Assembly: GCA_943704415.1 (NCBI GenBank)
Contig: CALSCO010000083.1
Span: 1 to 38,705 of the forward strand
Source: Parvularia atlantis
Lineage: Eukaryota
Direction of reading: 5' to 3'
Length of the DNA: 38,705 nucleotides
Part shown: piece after piece, positions 1 to 11,800 of the stretch
Position numbering within the stretch: position 1 is the first letter of the stretch
Layout: each line of letters begins with the position of its first letter
The notes under the pieces: model-generated
Database searches by the model: none
The model's input: the letters and a program-made list of their open reading frames with translations, nothing else
What the model was told of the DNA's origin: nothing
Made by a program: the position numbers and the translations under genes

Positions 1-71
1 GGGGGGGCCGCCTCTCCGGAGTGGCGCTCGACGGGGAGTGCGGGCTCGGGGTGGTGTTTTTTGGGGGCGGC

Positions 72-3019
72 TCAGCGCACGGCCACGGCCGTGCCGACGT
101 CCTCGTCGCTGTCGCGGTCCTCCCAGTCGTCGTCGACCGGCCCGGGTCCGCCAGCGCCGTCGGCATCATCCTCGAACGGGTCGCCGAGGCGCGGGTCGTA
201 CGGGTCCGGGCGGTACAGGTCGTCCTCGTTGGCCGTGCTGCGCTCGGGGTGCTCGACGGCGAGCGCTGGCGCGGTTGCTCGGCGGTACTGTGCGCGCCCG
301 GCCGGGTCAGCAGACCGCGCGCACGCGGTGCGGCGCAGGAGCGCACCAGGCCGTACACGCCCACAAAATGGCCCTGCGCGTTGACAAAGCCGTGGAAGAG
401 CAGCCGCACGGGGTTGGTCGCCGGGTCGTCGCCCTCGGTCGGCGCGGGCGCGAGGCGCGGCGAGGTGCGTTGCGCTTGTCCTTGCCGCTGCTGCTGGTCC
501 TGGTACGGTCGCGGTGAGTGCGCTCGTGTGCGCGCACGCCGCGGACGTTACGCACGATGCGATCTCGCCGCGCTTGCTCCTTCTCGCGCGTCGCCTTGAG
601 GTTTGGGTCGTACAGCTCGACTTCAACATGCACGCGCGGCGCACGGCGGGCCTCGAAGGCAAGCCGGTCGACCTCTTGCTCAAACTGCCGCCGTGAAGCC
701 GTCGTGTCAGACCACTCGTTGGGGCGCGCGCGTGTGCACGCACGCGGAAGACGGCGCTCTCCCACTCCTTGAACAGCTTCTCGAGCGCAAGGGCGTTGCG
801 CGGCGCGTTGAGGTTCGGCATGAGCGGCGTGAGTTGCCACGGCGTGCGCAGCGGGACGGCCTCGCCGCTGCTCGACACGATTTCCTCGGTTGAGATCGAG
901 GACGAATGGCTCAGCTGGCGCGGCGAGGACGGGCGGGGCGGCGCGACCGGGTCGGAGGGCGGCGCCGAGACGACGAGCGTCGGTTGCGAGCCGTACTGGG
1001 CCAGTTGCGCCAGGCCGACGCTGGCGCTGGCGGGGACGGGCTGCGAGCCGCCAAACTGGCCCGTGTTGACGCTCGCGAGCGGCTGCAGCTCAACGCGTCG
1101 GCGCCAGGCCTTGACGCGCGCGTCGTCGGTCGCAAATTGCTTCCACGGGTGCGACCGCGCAGCGCCCAGGCGCAGGCGGCCGTACGCCCACCAGAACGTG
1201 AGCGCGAGCGCGTTCTCGCTGATCCGGCCCATCGGGATGTCTTGCGCCAGCGCCTGGAGCTCGTCCGCTTGCAGCCGCAGCGAGCGCGACAGGCGCCCGC
1301 TCGTGGCCGAGAGCCGCTGCGGCGACACGGACGGCGACGACAATCCGCTGTCGGGCAGCGCGGGCGGGCGGCCGCCGGCGGGCGTGTCGTCGGCGGGCAG
1401 ACCGTCGACCGCGCGGGTGCTCATCGACGGCTCGGACGACGAGCGCACGGTGGAAAGGTGCGAGCTCTTGAGCGCGAGCGGCGACGGGTGGGCGAGGTGC
1501 ACGGCGACGGCAGGCGCCGCAGCAAGCGCGCTGCCCGTCAGGGCCATCTCGGGCGGCGGCTCGGTGGGCGACGACGGACGCCGCGGGCTGATCGAGAGCG
1601 ACAGGTTGCCTGCGCTACCAAAGTGCGACGGCTGATGCTGCGCCGTCGGGTGCTGCGCTAGCTTCTTCTTGTACTTCTTGAGCTCGGCCCAGTGGATCTT
1701 GATCTGCAGCGCGCCCGCAAGTCAGGACTGGCACCATCACCACTGCGCCGAGCGGCAGCGAACCAGCTGCACGGCCGAGCGCCACGAGTCGGTTGCGCGC
1801 CGCACACGCACGCGCACGCGGTACGGCGGCGGGTCGGGCCCGATGAAATGGTGCGCAAACAGGCGGCCGACGGCGTCGAGCGCGAGCTGGTCAGCCGCGG
1901 TAGGCGGGGGCGGGGGCTGCACGCTCGGTGGTGTCACACTCAGCGACGAAGACGACGACAACGACGACGAGGACGAGTGGCTGAAGGTGACGTCCGCGGG
2001 CGACGTGTAGCCAATCTCGACACTGCGCACGTCACCGACGGTCGCAGAGCGGCGCTCAGCCTCGCTCGGGCCCTGCTCGCCCTCGGCGTCAGCGTCGCTG
2101 TCGTTGTCGTTGGCGTCGCGGTCGCTGGCCCCGGCCTCGCGGTCGTTGGCCGGCCCGTCAAAGGTCGTGGACGGGGCGCGCACGCTGGCGAGGCTGTCGA
2201 GCAGGACGATTGGGCGCCAGGTGGCGTAGTACGAGGGGAAGCTGGTGAGGATGTTGACCGAGACGCGCCCGAGGATGCGCGCAAGCATGTTTGCCTGCTG
2301 GTGGAGCAGGTACACGTCGCGGAAGTCGACGCGGTACTGGCTCAGGTGCAGCGGGTGCACGCGATCCGAGCGGACCCAGGCGAGCCCTTGGCGCACATGC
2401 GCGCGCATGAGCACGGCCTGTCTGTGCGCCCCGCAGCAGCGCACCCGTGCCCGACGGCAGGCGGCGCAGGTGCCGGTGCACGACAAGCGCGTCGTCGAGC
2501 TGGGCCTCGTGCGGCTGGAACGGGCGATACCACCCGCACGCGCCCTCGGCGGCGACCGCGCCGTACCAGTAGGCCTGGGGTAGGGTGCGGTACGCGCGCC
2601 ACCACGCGCGCGAGACGAGGGCGCATCTGTGATCGCACGCTGGCAGTCAGCCACGCAAATCTCTGTGCAGGGCGCAGGCGCCCGGGCCCCCACGCGCCAC
2701 GCCCACCGCCGTGTAGCCCGCACCGCGCTGCACCGCCCCGAAAATGTCCGGCGCGCCGCCACGCGGCCTGTACCGCGCACGGCCGGCGCGCAGGCGTCTG
2801 ACCACAGCCGGCACCAGCACGGGCCACGCGCGCCTTTTTCCCAGGCCACGCGCTGGAGGCAGGCGGCGCGCACGCCCCTACGCCGCATGCGCAGGCGGCG
2901 CGCGGCGAGGAGGCGGCCCGCACGGCATGATGGGGGCTGGGTGGGTGGGCCACGCACCGCGCAGCGCGCTCGGGCGGGAGGTGGGCGAGGACGCGGCGAA
3001 CGACGTCCTCGTCGGCCAT
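72..3019 (-). CDS. F-box protein with uncharacterised C-terminal region (multi-exon)
   Basis: Splicing exon 1 (3019-2958) across intron 2957-2627 gives MADEDVVRRVLAHLPPERAARCALVSRAWWRAYRTLPQAYW, a typical F-box pattern. Later GT-AG introns keep the frame open to TGA at 72-74 (...DEDVGTAVAVR*). Confidence 0.7.
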
Positions 3020-3240
3020 TTGACGGCGGGCACGCTCGCGCTCGCGCTCGCACTCGGACGCACGCGCGCGCACGGAGGGCGTAGACGGCGCAGGCCTACG
3101 CGGGGCGTGCGCATGGCGCGGGTGAGCGAGGCGGCAAGGCGCGACCGGGCAGTGAGCAAGAGCGAGACGAAGTGTGCGCCGCTCGCCACCATGCGTGACC
3201 GTTTGCGCGCGCGGCGTGTAGCGCACACACAGCAATCGAA

Positions 3241-3851
3241 ATGTCAACTGAGCTCGTACAGCTGGTCACGACTGACAACGTGCCCGGTGTGCGCCGGGAT
3301 GCGCCGCTCGCGTCCGGCTGACGGGCTGCGCAGCCGGAGCGTGCGAGCGCGGGCAGATGCGCCGCGAGAACCTGTGGCACCGCTCGACGTTCGTGTTCGT
3401 CTTTGCCGGCGGCGGCGCGTCGGGCGAGATCGTTGTGCAGCGGCGCACGGCATCCAAGGACTATTGCCCCTCATTCCTTGATCTGGCTACGGGCGGCGTC
3501 GTGCAGGCCAACGAGAGCTACGATGACAACGCGCGCCGCGAGCTCGCGGAGGAGCTGGGCCTGCACGCGCCGTCGGACAAGGCCTCGCTCGAGTGGGTCG
3601 ACACGTTTGCGCACGAGGACGAGCGCTGCCGCGTCTGGGGCGGCCTGTACGTGTGCATGTGGCGCGGGCGCGACGTGGCGACGCTGCAGCTGCAGCCGGA
3701 GGAGGTCGAGAGCGTAGTGCTGATGGACGCGGCCGCGATCGAGCAGTGCCTCGCCGACGGCTCAGCTCGCGTCACGCCCGACTCGGTGCACGCATACCGC
3801 GTGCTGCGCGAGCGCCGGCCGGAGCTGTTTGAGGCGCGGCACGCCCGGTGA
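3241..3851 (+). CDS. Nudix hydrolase (YfcD/IDI-like)
   Basis: ATG at 3241 and a 47-nt intron (3287-3333) give MSTELVQLVTTDNVPAGACERGQMRRENLWHRSTFVFV. Contains QRRTASKDYCP and the Nudix box GGVVQANESYDDNARRELAEELGL. TGA at 3849-3851. Confidence 0.9.
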
Positions 3852-3868
3852 GACAAACAGTTCACGAC

Positions 3869-3871
<3 letters not shown>

Positions 3872-3917
<46 letters not shown>
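3872..3917. repeat. (CA)n microsatellite between convergent 3' ends
   Basis: Perfect CA dinucleotide run. Confidence 0.95.
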
Positions 3918-3919
<2 letters not shown>

Positions 3920-3991
3920 ACACACACAGAACAGAGAACAGCACGGACGCTCACGGAGCAGACAGATGACGGCATCGGCCGCGGGGCGGGG

Positions 3992-5466
3992 TCACGGCGC
4001 CGGCCGCTGCACGACAAACTTGATCTCGCCGACGAGCGAGCGCATCTTGCCGACAACGGTCTCGGTGGTCCAGTTGACGATCGAGGTCTGAAACGCGGCC
4101 GCGGTTCCTCAGTGCACGTCCAGCCACACCGCCGCGTGGCGCACCCCGTTGATCATCGCGATACGGTCACCTGCCCGCAGCTGACCGCAGCGCTCAGCCG
4201 CGCCACCCGGGATGATCTTTGAGATGACCTGCGCGCGGCGCGATCAGCCCCCCACGCGCACCGCGACCGCTTGGCCGCGCACCGTGCCCTCGGTCAGGTT
4301 GACGCGAATGTCAAGCCCGAGCGTCATGCCCGCGTCCTTGTTGAGCGTGATCTCGAGCTCCTTGAAGTCTGCCGGCGGCGCGCGAGCGCTCAGGTCCGCA
4401 CACACAGCGCCCAGCGTTGACGCACCGGCCTTGCGCAGCGTGCTGCCCCGGCGCGAGTTGGTCGCGACCTCCTCCTTTTTCTTGACGGGGGTCGACTGGA
4501 CGCGGCGTGAGTTTGCGCGCGACACCGCTTTCTGCGTGCGCCCACCTTCTTGCCGGGCAGCGTGCCCTGACGCGAAAAGTCGTCCGCGGGTAGCACCGAC
4601 GCCAGGTAAAGCTCCTTCATCCACGCCTGCTTCTCGTCGGGCGTGTCAGCCACAAAGTAGTGCATCTGCGCCGCGGCAGCACGGTGAGTGGCTGCGGACA
4701 CGCTGCGCGCGTGCGCGCGTGGGCGCACCTTATTGGGTAGCTTGACCGCCTGGAACGCGTTTAGCTTGCCCGTCTCCTGGTCCGCCGAGTCGACCTTATA
4801 GCTGCCCGGTGGGCCGGTGAGCACGCAGTCGCCCGTGCTGGACGCGCGGCACGCACCCCTGCATCCTCAGCACGCCGACCGACTTGGACGCGGGCGACAC
4901 GAAAAAGTGCAGGTTGTTGCCTGCGTGCGCGGGCTCTGCGTCAGCGCCTTGCACTGGCCGGGCACGCGCACGCACCCTTGAGCACAAAGTAGCGCTTGCG
5001 CCAGGCCTTCTTGGCGGACAGCTGCCCCGAGTACTTTGCGAGCCAGCCGACGCGGTCGGGCGGGCCGAGCGACTCGACCGTGATCTCGCTCTCGGCCTCG
5101 GCGTCGTTGCCGTCCTCGCCGCCCGAGCCGATGCTACCGCTGCAGCCGGCGCACGTAGTGTGAGCGCGCACAGCTTCAGCGCGGCACACGCACAGCGACG
5201 ACGTGCTGCTGTTGTTCCCGGTCCAGTCGAGCATGATGCTGGCTATCCTGGGCGACGCCGCGCGGCCCTTGATCGTGCCCGAGGGCGAAGTTGCGCCGCT
5301 GCCGGACCTGGCCGTCTCGATCGGCTCTGGCTTGAGGCGGTTGGCCGACGGGGTGGTGGTGGTGGTGGTGGCGGCGGCGGCGGGCGGCGAAGCGTGCTGG
5401 GATGGCGAGGGCTCGGACGGCGCGGGCTCGGACGGCGGCGGTGGCGGCGGTGCAGGATCGTCGCCG

Positions 5467-5553
<87 letters not shown>

Positions 5554-5957
5554 CGCTCGTGGCCGTGCACGTGGCCGTGCTCGTGGCCGTGCTCGTGGCC
5601 GTGCTCATCGCTGGTATGCGCGGGCGACAGCGGCGCGTGGCGTGGCGACTTTTGCCCGTTTGGCTCTAGCGTCTTCACCTCGACGCCGTCTGCGCCGTGC
5701 CACCCGCCCGTCAGCACCGGCACCCGCGCACGCGTGCACCACGCGCACGAGCGCACCCAGCGCCGAGAAGTCGTTGTCGTCAAAGTCGGCGCTAAACTCG
5801 AAGCTGGTATGCGCGCGACGCGCCGCGACGTGAGCCACGCAGGTCCGCGTCGCGCCCGCCCTCCCCGCGCGAGCGAGCGCCACCTCTGCGGCTCGGGCGG
5901 CACGTCCAGCGACGCGAACGACGCCTGCTCAAATGCGTCGAAATCCGCGTCGTCCAT
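3992..5957 (-). CDS. PH + PDZ domain protein with acidic N-terminus and (His-Glu)n tract
   Basis: Spliced PH domain: RVGWLAKYSGQLSAKKAWRKRYFVLKGNNLHFF...MHYFVADTPDEKQAWMKEL. C-terminal PDZ: ELEITLNKDAGMTLGLDIRVNLTEGTVISKIIPGGAAERCGQLRAGDRIAMINGTSIVNWTTETVVGKMRSLVGEIKFVVQRP. TGA at 3992-3994. Confidence 0.85.
5467..5553 (-). repeat. (GAGCAC)n coding hexamer repeat encoding a HEHEHE tract
   Basis: Tandem GCTCGT on the + strand, in frame within the PH-PDZ gene. Confidence 0.9.
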
Positions 5958-6050
5958 CCGGATACGTAAATACACGATACCCGGCTCAAGTTGAGATTCC
6001 CTTACTAACATTAGCATCAACTATATATATATTGTACCGGTTACATTTGG
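5958..6050. promoter_or_regulatory. AT-rich putative bidirectional promoter with TATA-like (TA)n element
   Basis: 93-nt AT-rich island between divergent ATGs (5957 -, 6051 +). TATATATATA at 6022-6031 and TACGTA at 5963-5968. Confidence 0.6.
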
Positions 6051-7975
6051 ATGGGTGCGTCACACAGCCTGTCGTCAAATGCCGGCGCGGACGGCGGGGC
6101 GCTGGCCGAGGCGGCGGCGCTGCTGGAGGCGCACGAGGCGCGCAGCCTGCGCGTGGTCGTGCGCTCGGCCGGGCGCGACCGCATGCCGCGTGAGGCCTTC
6201 CTGGTGCGCTGCGCGTGCACGTGCCGAGACGCACTGACGACGTGACGCAGGCGCGGCTCGGGACGCTCCCGACCGAGCTCAAGCTGCGCCTCTTTGCGCT
6301 GTTCCAGCGCGAGGGGCCCGCACCGGCCGAGCTCGGCCTGGACGAGCTGACGCGCGGCGCCGTCGCGGCGTGCAAGGCGCCCGCACCGGCGCGTGCCCAG
6401 TTCTTCGTGCGCGCGTTCCTGGCCAACGCCGCCGCCGAGACGGCCACGCGCGCCGAGGCCGTCGACATGCTCTGCGCCCTGCTCGTGTGTACCTCGCCCG
6501 ATGCCGCCGCGCTCGTGCCGCACCCGCTACGCGACGCCGACTTCCAGGAGGGCGAGTGGACACAGGTCTCGTACGACGACGTCGAGCCAGAGCCCAGGTC
6601 TGAGCCGCTGCCGCGCTGGGACCTTGGGGCGGTGTACGAGGCGCACCGTGCGCTCGTCGACGCCGTGCTGTGGCAGTACCCGGCCGACGGGCCGTCGCCA
6701 CCGGTAGCTGCCGTCGCCGCGTGGCTCGCACAACGACGTGCGCGACCTGCCCTGCGCGTTTCGCTGCGCTGACACACGGCCCGCGCCGCGCCAGTGCCGC
6801 GCCTCTTTGACGTGCTGGAGCGCGCAGTGCGCGATGGGCTGCTCGGCGCGATGCGGCCCGCGGCCCCGGCATCGAGCAGCTCGCTGCCCGCGACGCCGTC
6901 CGTGGCCCTCGCTGCGACCAGGGGCAAGGCGCGCGCGGTGTCGAGCATTGTCTCGAGCGCGCCGCCCGACGCCGTGCCGAGCATCCTGAGCGTCGCGCCC
7001 GAGGCGGCGTCAGCATCGGCCGCCGCGCAGGCGCTGATCGCGGCGACGCTGGCCCAGGCGCCGGCCGAGCCGCCCGCGACACCGGACGCGTCGCGCGGCA
7101 TGCAGCCCGTGCTCGAGGGCCGGTACGACGGGTGCCTGCTGAGCGGGAGCTGGGCGTGGCTGCTGTCGTGCGCGTTTGTGGACGTCAAGTACGCGCGCGA
7201 CGAGCCCTGGAAGCTGCTCTACTCCTCTTCCCAGCACGGCTTCAGCCTGACGTCGTTCCAGCGGCGCGCCTGCGACTACCCGGGTGCGACGCTCTTGCTG
7301 CTGCGCGACGTGGACGGCGGCGTCACCGCGGCCTTCGTGCCCGAGGCGTGGCGGCCCGGGCGCGCGTTCCGCGCTATGCCCGGCTGCGTCCTGTTTGAGC
7401 TACTGCTGCGCTTCGACGCCTGCGCGGCGCAGCCCGAGGGCGAGCGCAACCACGTCTACTTTAGCGAGAGCAACGCAACGTGCGCGCTCGTGCGTTTTGC
7501 CAAGTGCCGCGGCTAACCTTGGCGCAGCAAGACGTCGCCCGTCGGCGTCGGCTTTGGCGGGCAACTGGGCAAGTTCCGCCTGTGGATCGACGGGTCGCTG
7601 CAGGCCGGCTACCGCCACGCGGGCACGCCGTGCCGCTCGTTCGTGCCGTCACTTGCGGGCGCCGCCGCGCCGCAGCAGCGCGCATTCACGATCTCCAAGG
7701 TGTGCGCCACGGGCGCTGCAGAGCCGTGCGCTCACGCGCTCGCCGCTCAGCTCGAGGTGTGGGGGCTTGGCGGCAAGCGCGCCGAAAAGTATCAGCAGGG
7801 CCAGAAGCAGTGGGAGGACCGGCAGGTCGAGCGGGTGCGTGTGCTTTTGCGCGCTCGCGCATGGGTTTGACGGCGGATGCGCCAGGCGCGCGAGGGCGCC
7901 CGCTCCGAGTGGGCGATCGAGCGGCAGCTGCTCGACCTGGCGGGGCGCGCCTCGTACGTCGTCCCCGACGAGTGA
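6051..7975 (+). CDS. TLDc-domain protein, Rtc5/MEAK7(TLDC1)-like, probably N-myristoylated
   Basis: N-terminal MGASHS fits MGxxxS. TLDc motifs WKLLYSSSQHGFSLTSF, GFGGQLGKFRLWIDGSL and LEVWGLGG. C-terminal QKQWEDRQVER...ERQLLDLAG resembles the Rtc5 tail. TGA at 7973-7975. Confidence 0.85.
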
Positions 7976-8053
7976 CAGCCAGGCATTGTGCATAGCACCA
8001 CCACCGCCGACAAACGCGCACACAGGCGCTCACGCGCAGACGCGCCGCGGCCA

Positions 8054-8719
8054 TCACGACGAGAACGTGTGCGACTCGGTGCCGCCGTGGCCGAAGCTGC
8101 GCGGCCGCGGGCGGGGTGTCAGGCGCAGTCGGCCGGAGCGAGCCCCGTGGCGCACGCACCCCTTCGGACCAAACAGCGCGGCTGCCACGTGCGTCCTGTC
8201 AGCGTGCGCCCGCGGGCGGGCCAAAAGCGGATCACGCACCGTAGCACGGGTTGTGGCAGTACGGCTGGTCGTCCTTGACGGCGTGCTGGCCTGTGGCATG
8301 CGCGCGTGCGCGAGCGTGGGCGCGGCGTGTGCGAGCGCGCGGGGATCCGCCGCACCGATCGCGAGCACCTGCGCGTGCGTTCGTCAGAAAAGGGCCGCGT
8401 GCGAGGGTGCGGATGCGCGCACCTTGTTGCACTTGCCGCAGCGCAGGCACGCCTTGTCCCCCCCGCGCGGGCCACGGCCACAGTCAGCGCACGCCCGCCC
8501 CGCGCGCAGATGCCCCGCGCACCGCGTGCCAGTCCTTGCCCCTGCGCACGGCGTCGGCCAGGAAAGAGTCAGATTCCGCAATAAGCACACAGCGAGCGAC
8601 GCACATGCTCGTCTTGCGCTCGGCCGCGTAGACCTCCTTGCCGCACCTGCCCCCCCGCGCACGCTCAGCGCGCGGCCGCGTAGAGTGCGAGACAGGGCTT
8701 ACTTCGCACACTTGCCCAT
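8054..8719 (-). CDS. CRIP1: Single-LIM-domain protein, CRIP1-like (78 aa, 8 exons)
   Basis: Spliced product: [78 protein letters not shown]. Full LIM Cys/His pattern plus the CRIP-specific FGPKGFGxGGxESHTF tail. Confidence 0.92.
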
Positions 8720-8801
8720 AGCCGTTCGGAGAGAAGACGCGAGCTTGAAGCCGCTGAGGAAGAAGTGACGTCGCGTCCCAAAGCGGAATGGTCAAATAAT
8801 A

Positions 8802-11800
8802 ATGGCCACCGCGCCTGCTCGTTCGGCCTCGCTCGGCAGCGGGCGCGCGGCGTCGCCCGGCCTGTCGCCGCAGGCCGTGCGCGCGCTCGCGCCGCTGGCC
8901 ATGCCGCCGTCGGCGCTGATCGAGGGCTACCGCCCGCCGCCGGCCGGCGCGCACGCCGCGCTCACCGCGCGCACGCCGTCGACGTCGTCGTCGGGCGAAT
9001 GGTCGCCGGCGGCCTCGCCGGCCGGCGTGGGCGTGCGCCCGATGGCCGTGGGCAACCGCGGCGGGTCGCGCTACTCGGAGCTGTTCCACCGCAAGGTGCG
9101 CGCGCGTGCGCCGCGGCGTCGCTTATCACGCGCGCTCACAACGGGATCCCCGTCGCACGCACACAGAGCATGAGCGAGACCAAGGAGCACGTCGCGACCA
9201 TCTTCTCGGACCGTGCGCCGCTGCCGTTGCCGCCGGCCACTCACGCTCAACACCCCCCTGCTGCGCAGGCCACGCCAGCGCGCAGCCCAAGGCGAGCGCT
9301 CCGCCCCCGGCGAGCAGCCTGCCCGAGGAGCGCGCGTACGCGCCGCCGGCGCTGCCGAGCGAGGCCGACAGCGCGATCCGCAAGTACTACGAGCGCTCGA
9401 TCTGGGCGAGCCTGGACGCGCGCGCCATGTCGCCGCCGCCGGGCGCAGGGCCCGATGCGGTGCGCGCGCGCGCGCGCTGCCGCGGCCGCGCCTGACACAG
9501 ACGCGCAGGAGGAGCCCGAGGAGAGCTTCACGTCGGTCAACGTCGAGATGGACGACCAACTCGTCACGGTGACGCTGCCGCTGTCGTCGAGCGTGCGCGA
9601 CGTCGTCAAGGCGGTGCGCGCCTCTTTTGCAACAGCGGTCGCGAAGCTCAGGCCGCGCGCGCACGCACCAGGCATGCGAGCAGCTCGAGCGCTGGGACGA
9701 CTACAACTACCGCCTGTTCTACAACGAGCAGAACCGCTGGCTGGCCGAAGACGAGAACATCTCGTCGCTCGCGCTGTCGCCCTACGTGCGCGGCCCCGGG
9801 CAGCGCGGTCGCCTCGTTGCTGACGCGCGGCCAGGTCGTGCTACGTCTTCACCTGGACGAGACGCACCGCAAGACAAGCGCGGCCGGCCCGTCGCCCGCC
9901 AAGGTGTGCCGACTGGATGGCTCGCGTGTTTCGCTCACGTGCGCAGTTTGCGCGCAAGCGCTCGTCCGTCGCGGGCGCGCTGTTTGGCCGGCCCGAATTC
10001 AAGAAGCGGTTTGCGCGCGCCTGTGCACACCGGCCGGGCGGGGCTCATGCCCGTGCGTACAGGTACAAGCATGGGCAGGTGTACCTGGCCGCGTTCCTGT
10101 TTTCGCCTGCGGACGGGCGTGTGCTCGTGACGCCGGCGGGCCTGCTGCCGTCGGTGGCGATCACAAAGGAGACGGCGACCAAGGGCGACAAGGTGCGGCG
10201 GGCCGCCGTCTGCTCGTCCCCCCCCCCCCCCCCCCCCCCCCCCGCCGGCGCTCACGCGGCGCGCGGCGGGCAGCCGCAGATGTGGACGGCCGAGACGGCC
10301 GACTTCCAGTGGGCGATCAAGCGCTCGCTCGAGTTTGAGAACGCCGCGCCCGAGGGCGTCACGGTCAACCTCACCGAGCAGATGCGCAACGTCGGCTCGG
10401 ACCCGGTGCGCCGTGTGCATAAGGGCGAGCGCGCGGGTCGTTGACGCCCCAACGCGCCAGACGGGCTTCCGCCGCGGCTTCTTCATGGCTGTCGACACGA
10501 TGCGTGTGGCGCTCGGCCGCGACGTCTTTGGCGTGCTGCACGACGAGGTGCGCGCGCTTCCGGCACGCGCTCGTGTCCGCAGCTGAGGCGCTGCAGCCGG
10601 TGACCACGCTCGACGGCGCGACGCTGCTCGTCGTGCTGCTGGACGCGTCCACCGTGCCGGGTACGTTTGGACCGGCGTCGGACCTCGTGCGAGGCGGCAC
10701 GCTGCTGTGGCGCACCGTGGCCGAACTCGGGCCGGTGCTGCCGCGGAGCCGGGCGCACACGGCCGACCTGTGCGCCAACTACGCGAGCGTCTACCGCAAC
10801 CGCCAGACGCCGATCGGCAAGGGTGCGGGGGCGCTGTGCGGTGGCGCGGTGGCGGCTGCTCACGGCGGCGCGCAGGGCTGCACATCGGCCTGTTTTACGC
10901 GTGCAACAACTACGCCGGGCTGAGCCTGCTCGTGCCCAAGACGAACCGGCACATCATCCCGACCGTGTATGTGCGCGACGACGCCGCGCTGAGCGAGGCC
11001 GAGTGGGCGTGGCTGCGCGGCCGCGACGGCGCCTCGACCTTCTTTGCGGTGGTGCGTCGCGTGTCCGCTGCTTTTGCACAACTTGGCTGAACGACCGACA
11101 GACGCCCTCGCGCGACGTGTCTGGCGAGAACATCGCGGCGCCGGCGCCGTCCGCGACGATGGAGCAGGCCGCGCAGATGCTGCGGCAGGACCGGCGCAAC
11201 ATCGTGGAGAGCCAGCGGCGCCGGCGTCAGAGCGAGGTGTGGTCCGTGCGCGCACGGCCACAACGTGGACTGATCGCGCGCAGGACGCAAACGCGTCGTC
11301 GGCCGAGGCCTTCCGCGTTCGGATGCTCGTGTCTGTCGAGAAGCTGATGAAGCTCGCGGGCCTGTCGTTCCTCGGCTGCGACGTCTACCCTGAGCTGATC
11401 ATGCTGGACGACCCGGGCGAGACGACGATGCTGGCCTTTGTGCGGCCGATGCAGGTGCGCGGCGCCGCCCAGGGGCCGGCGGCGGGGCCCTCACGCGCAC
11501 GCGCGTGTGCAGGCGCTCGGCGACAGCGACACGGTCTCGTTCGACACCGAGAGCGTGGCGCTAACGCCGCTGCCGGTGTTTGAGGCACTGCACCAGCACG
11601 TGTACAACAACGGGCGGTCGCGCGCGAACCGGCGGCGACTGAGCGACCTCGAGGACCGGGTGCGTGCGATCGGCACGCGTAGCACTGCGTGGCTCACACG
11701 CGCCGCAGATCAGCAAGCTTGAGGGCGCCCTGTGCGCCACGGTCGACGGCAAGCAGCGCCTCGACCTGCAGATCAAGATCGCCGAGCTGCACGCGCGCGT

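Noticed and set aside
5467..5600. Tandem repeats as a CRISPR-like array or mobile element
   Set aside because: These are simple hexamer/dodecamer coding repeats with no spacers. I recognised no transposase, reverse transcriptase, TIR or LTR anywhere in the window.
5966..6014. GTAAAT...TACTAAC-ATTAG resembling a 5'UTR intron with a perfect yeast-type branch point
   Set aside because: The branch-to-AG distance is much shorter than in other introns here, the composition is atypical, and it would need a TSS inside the opposite gene. It is more likely promoter sequence.
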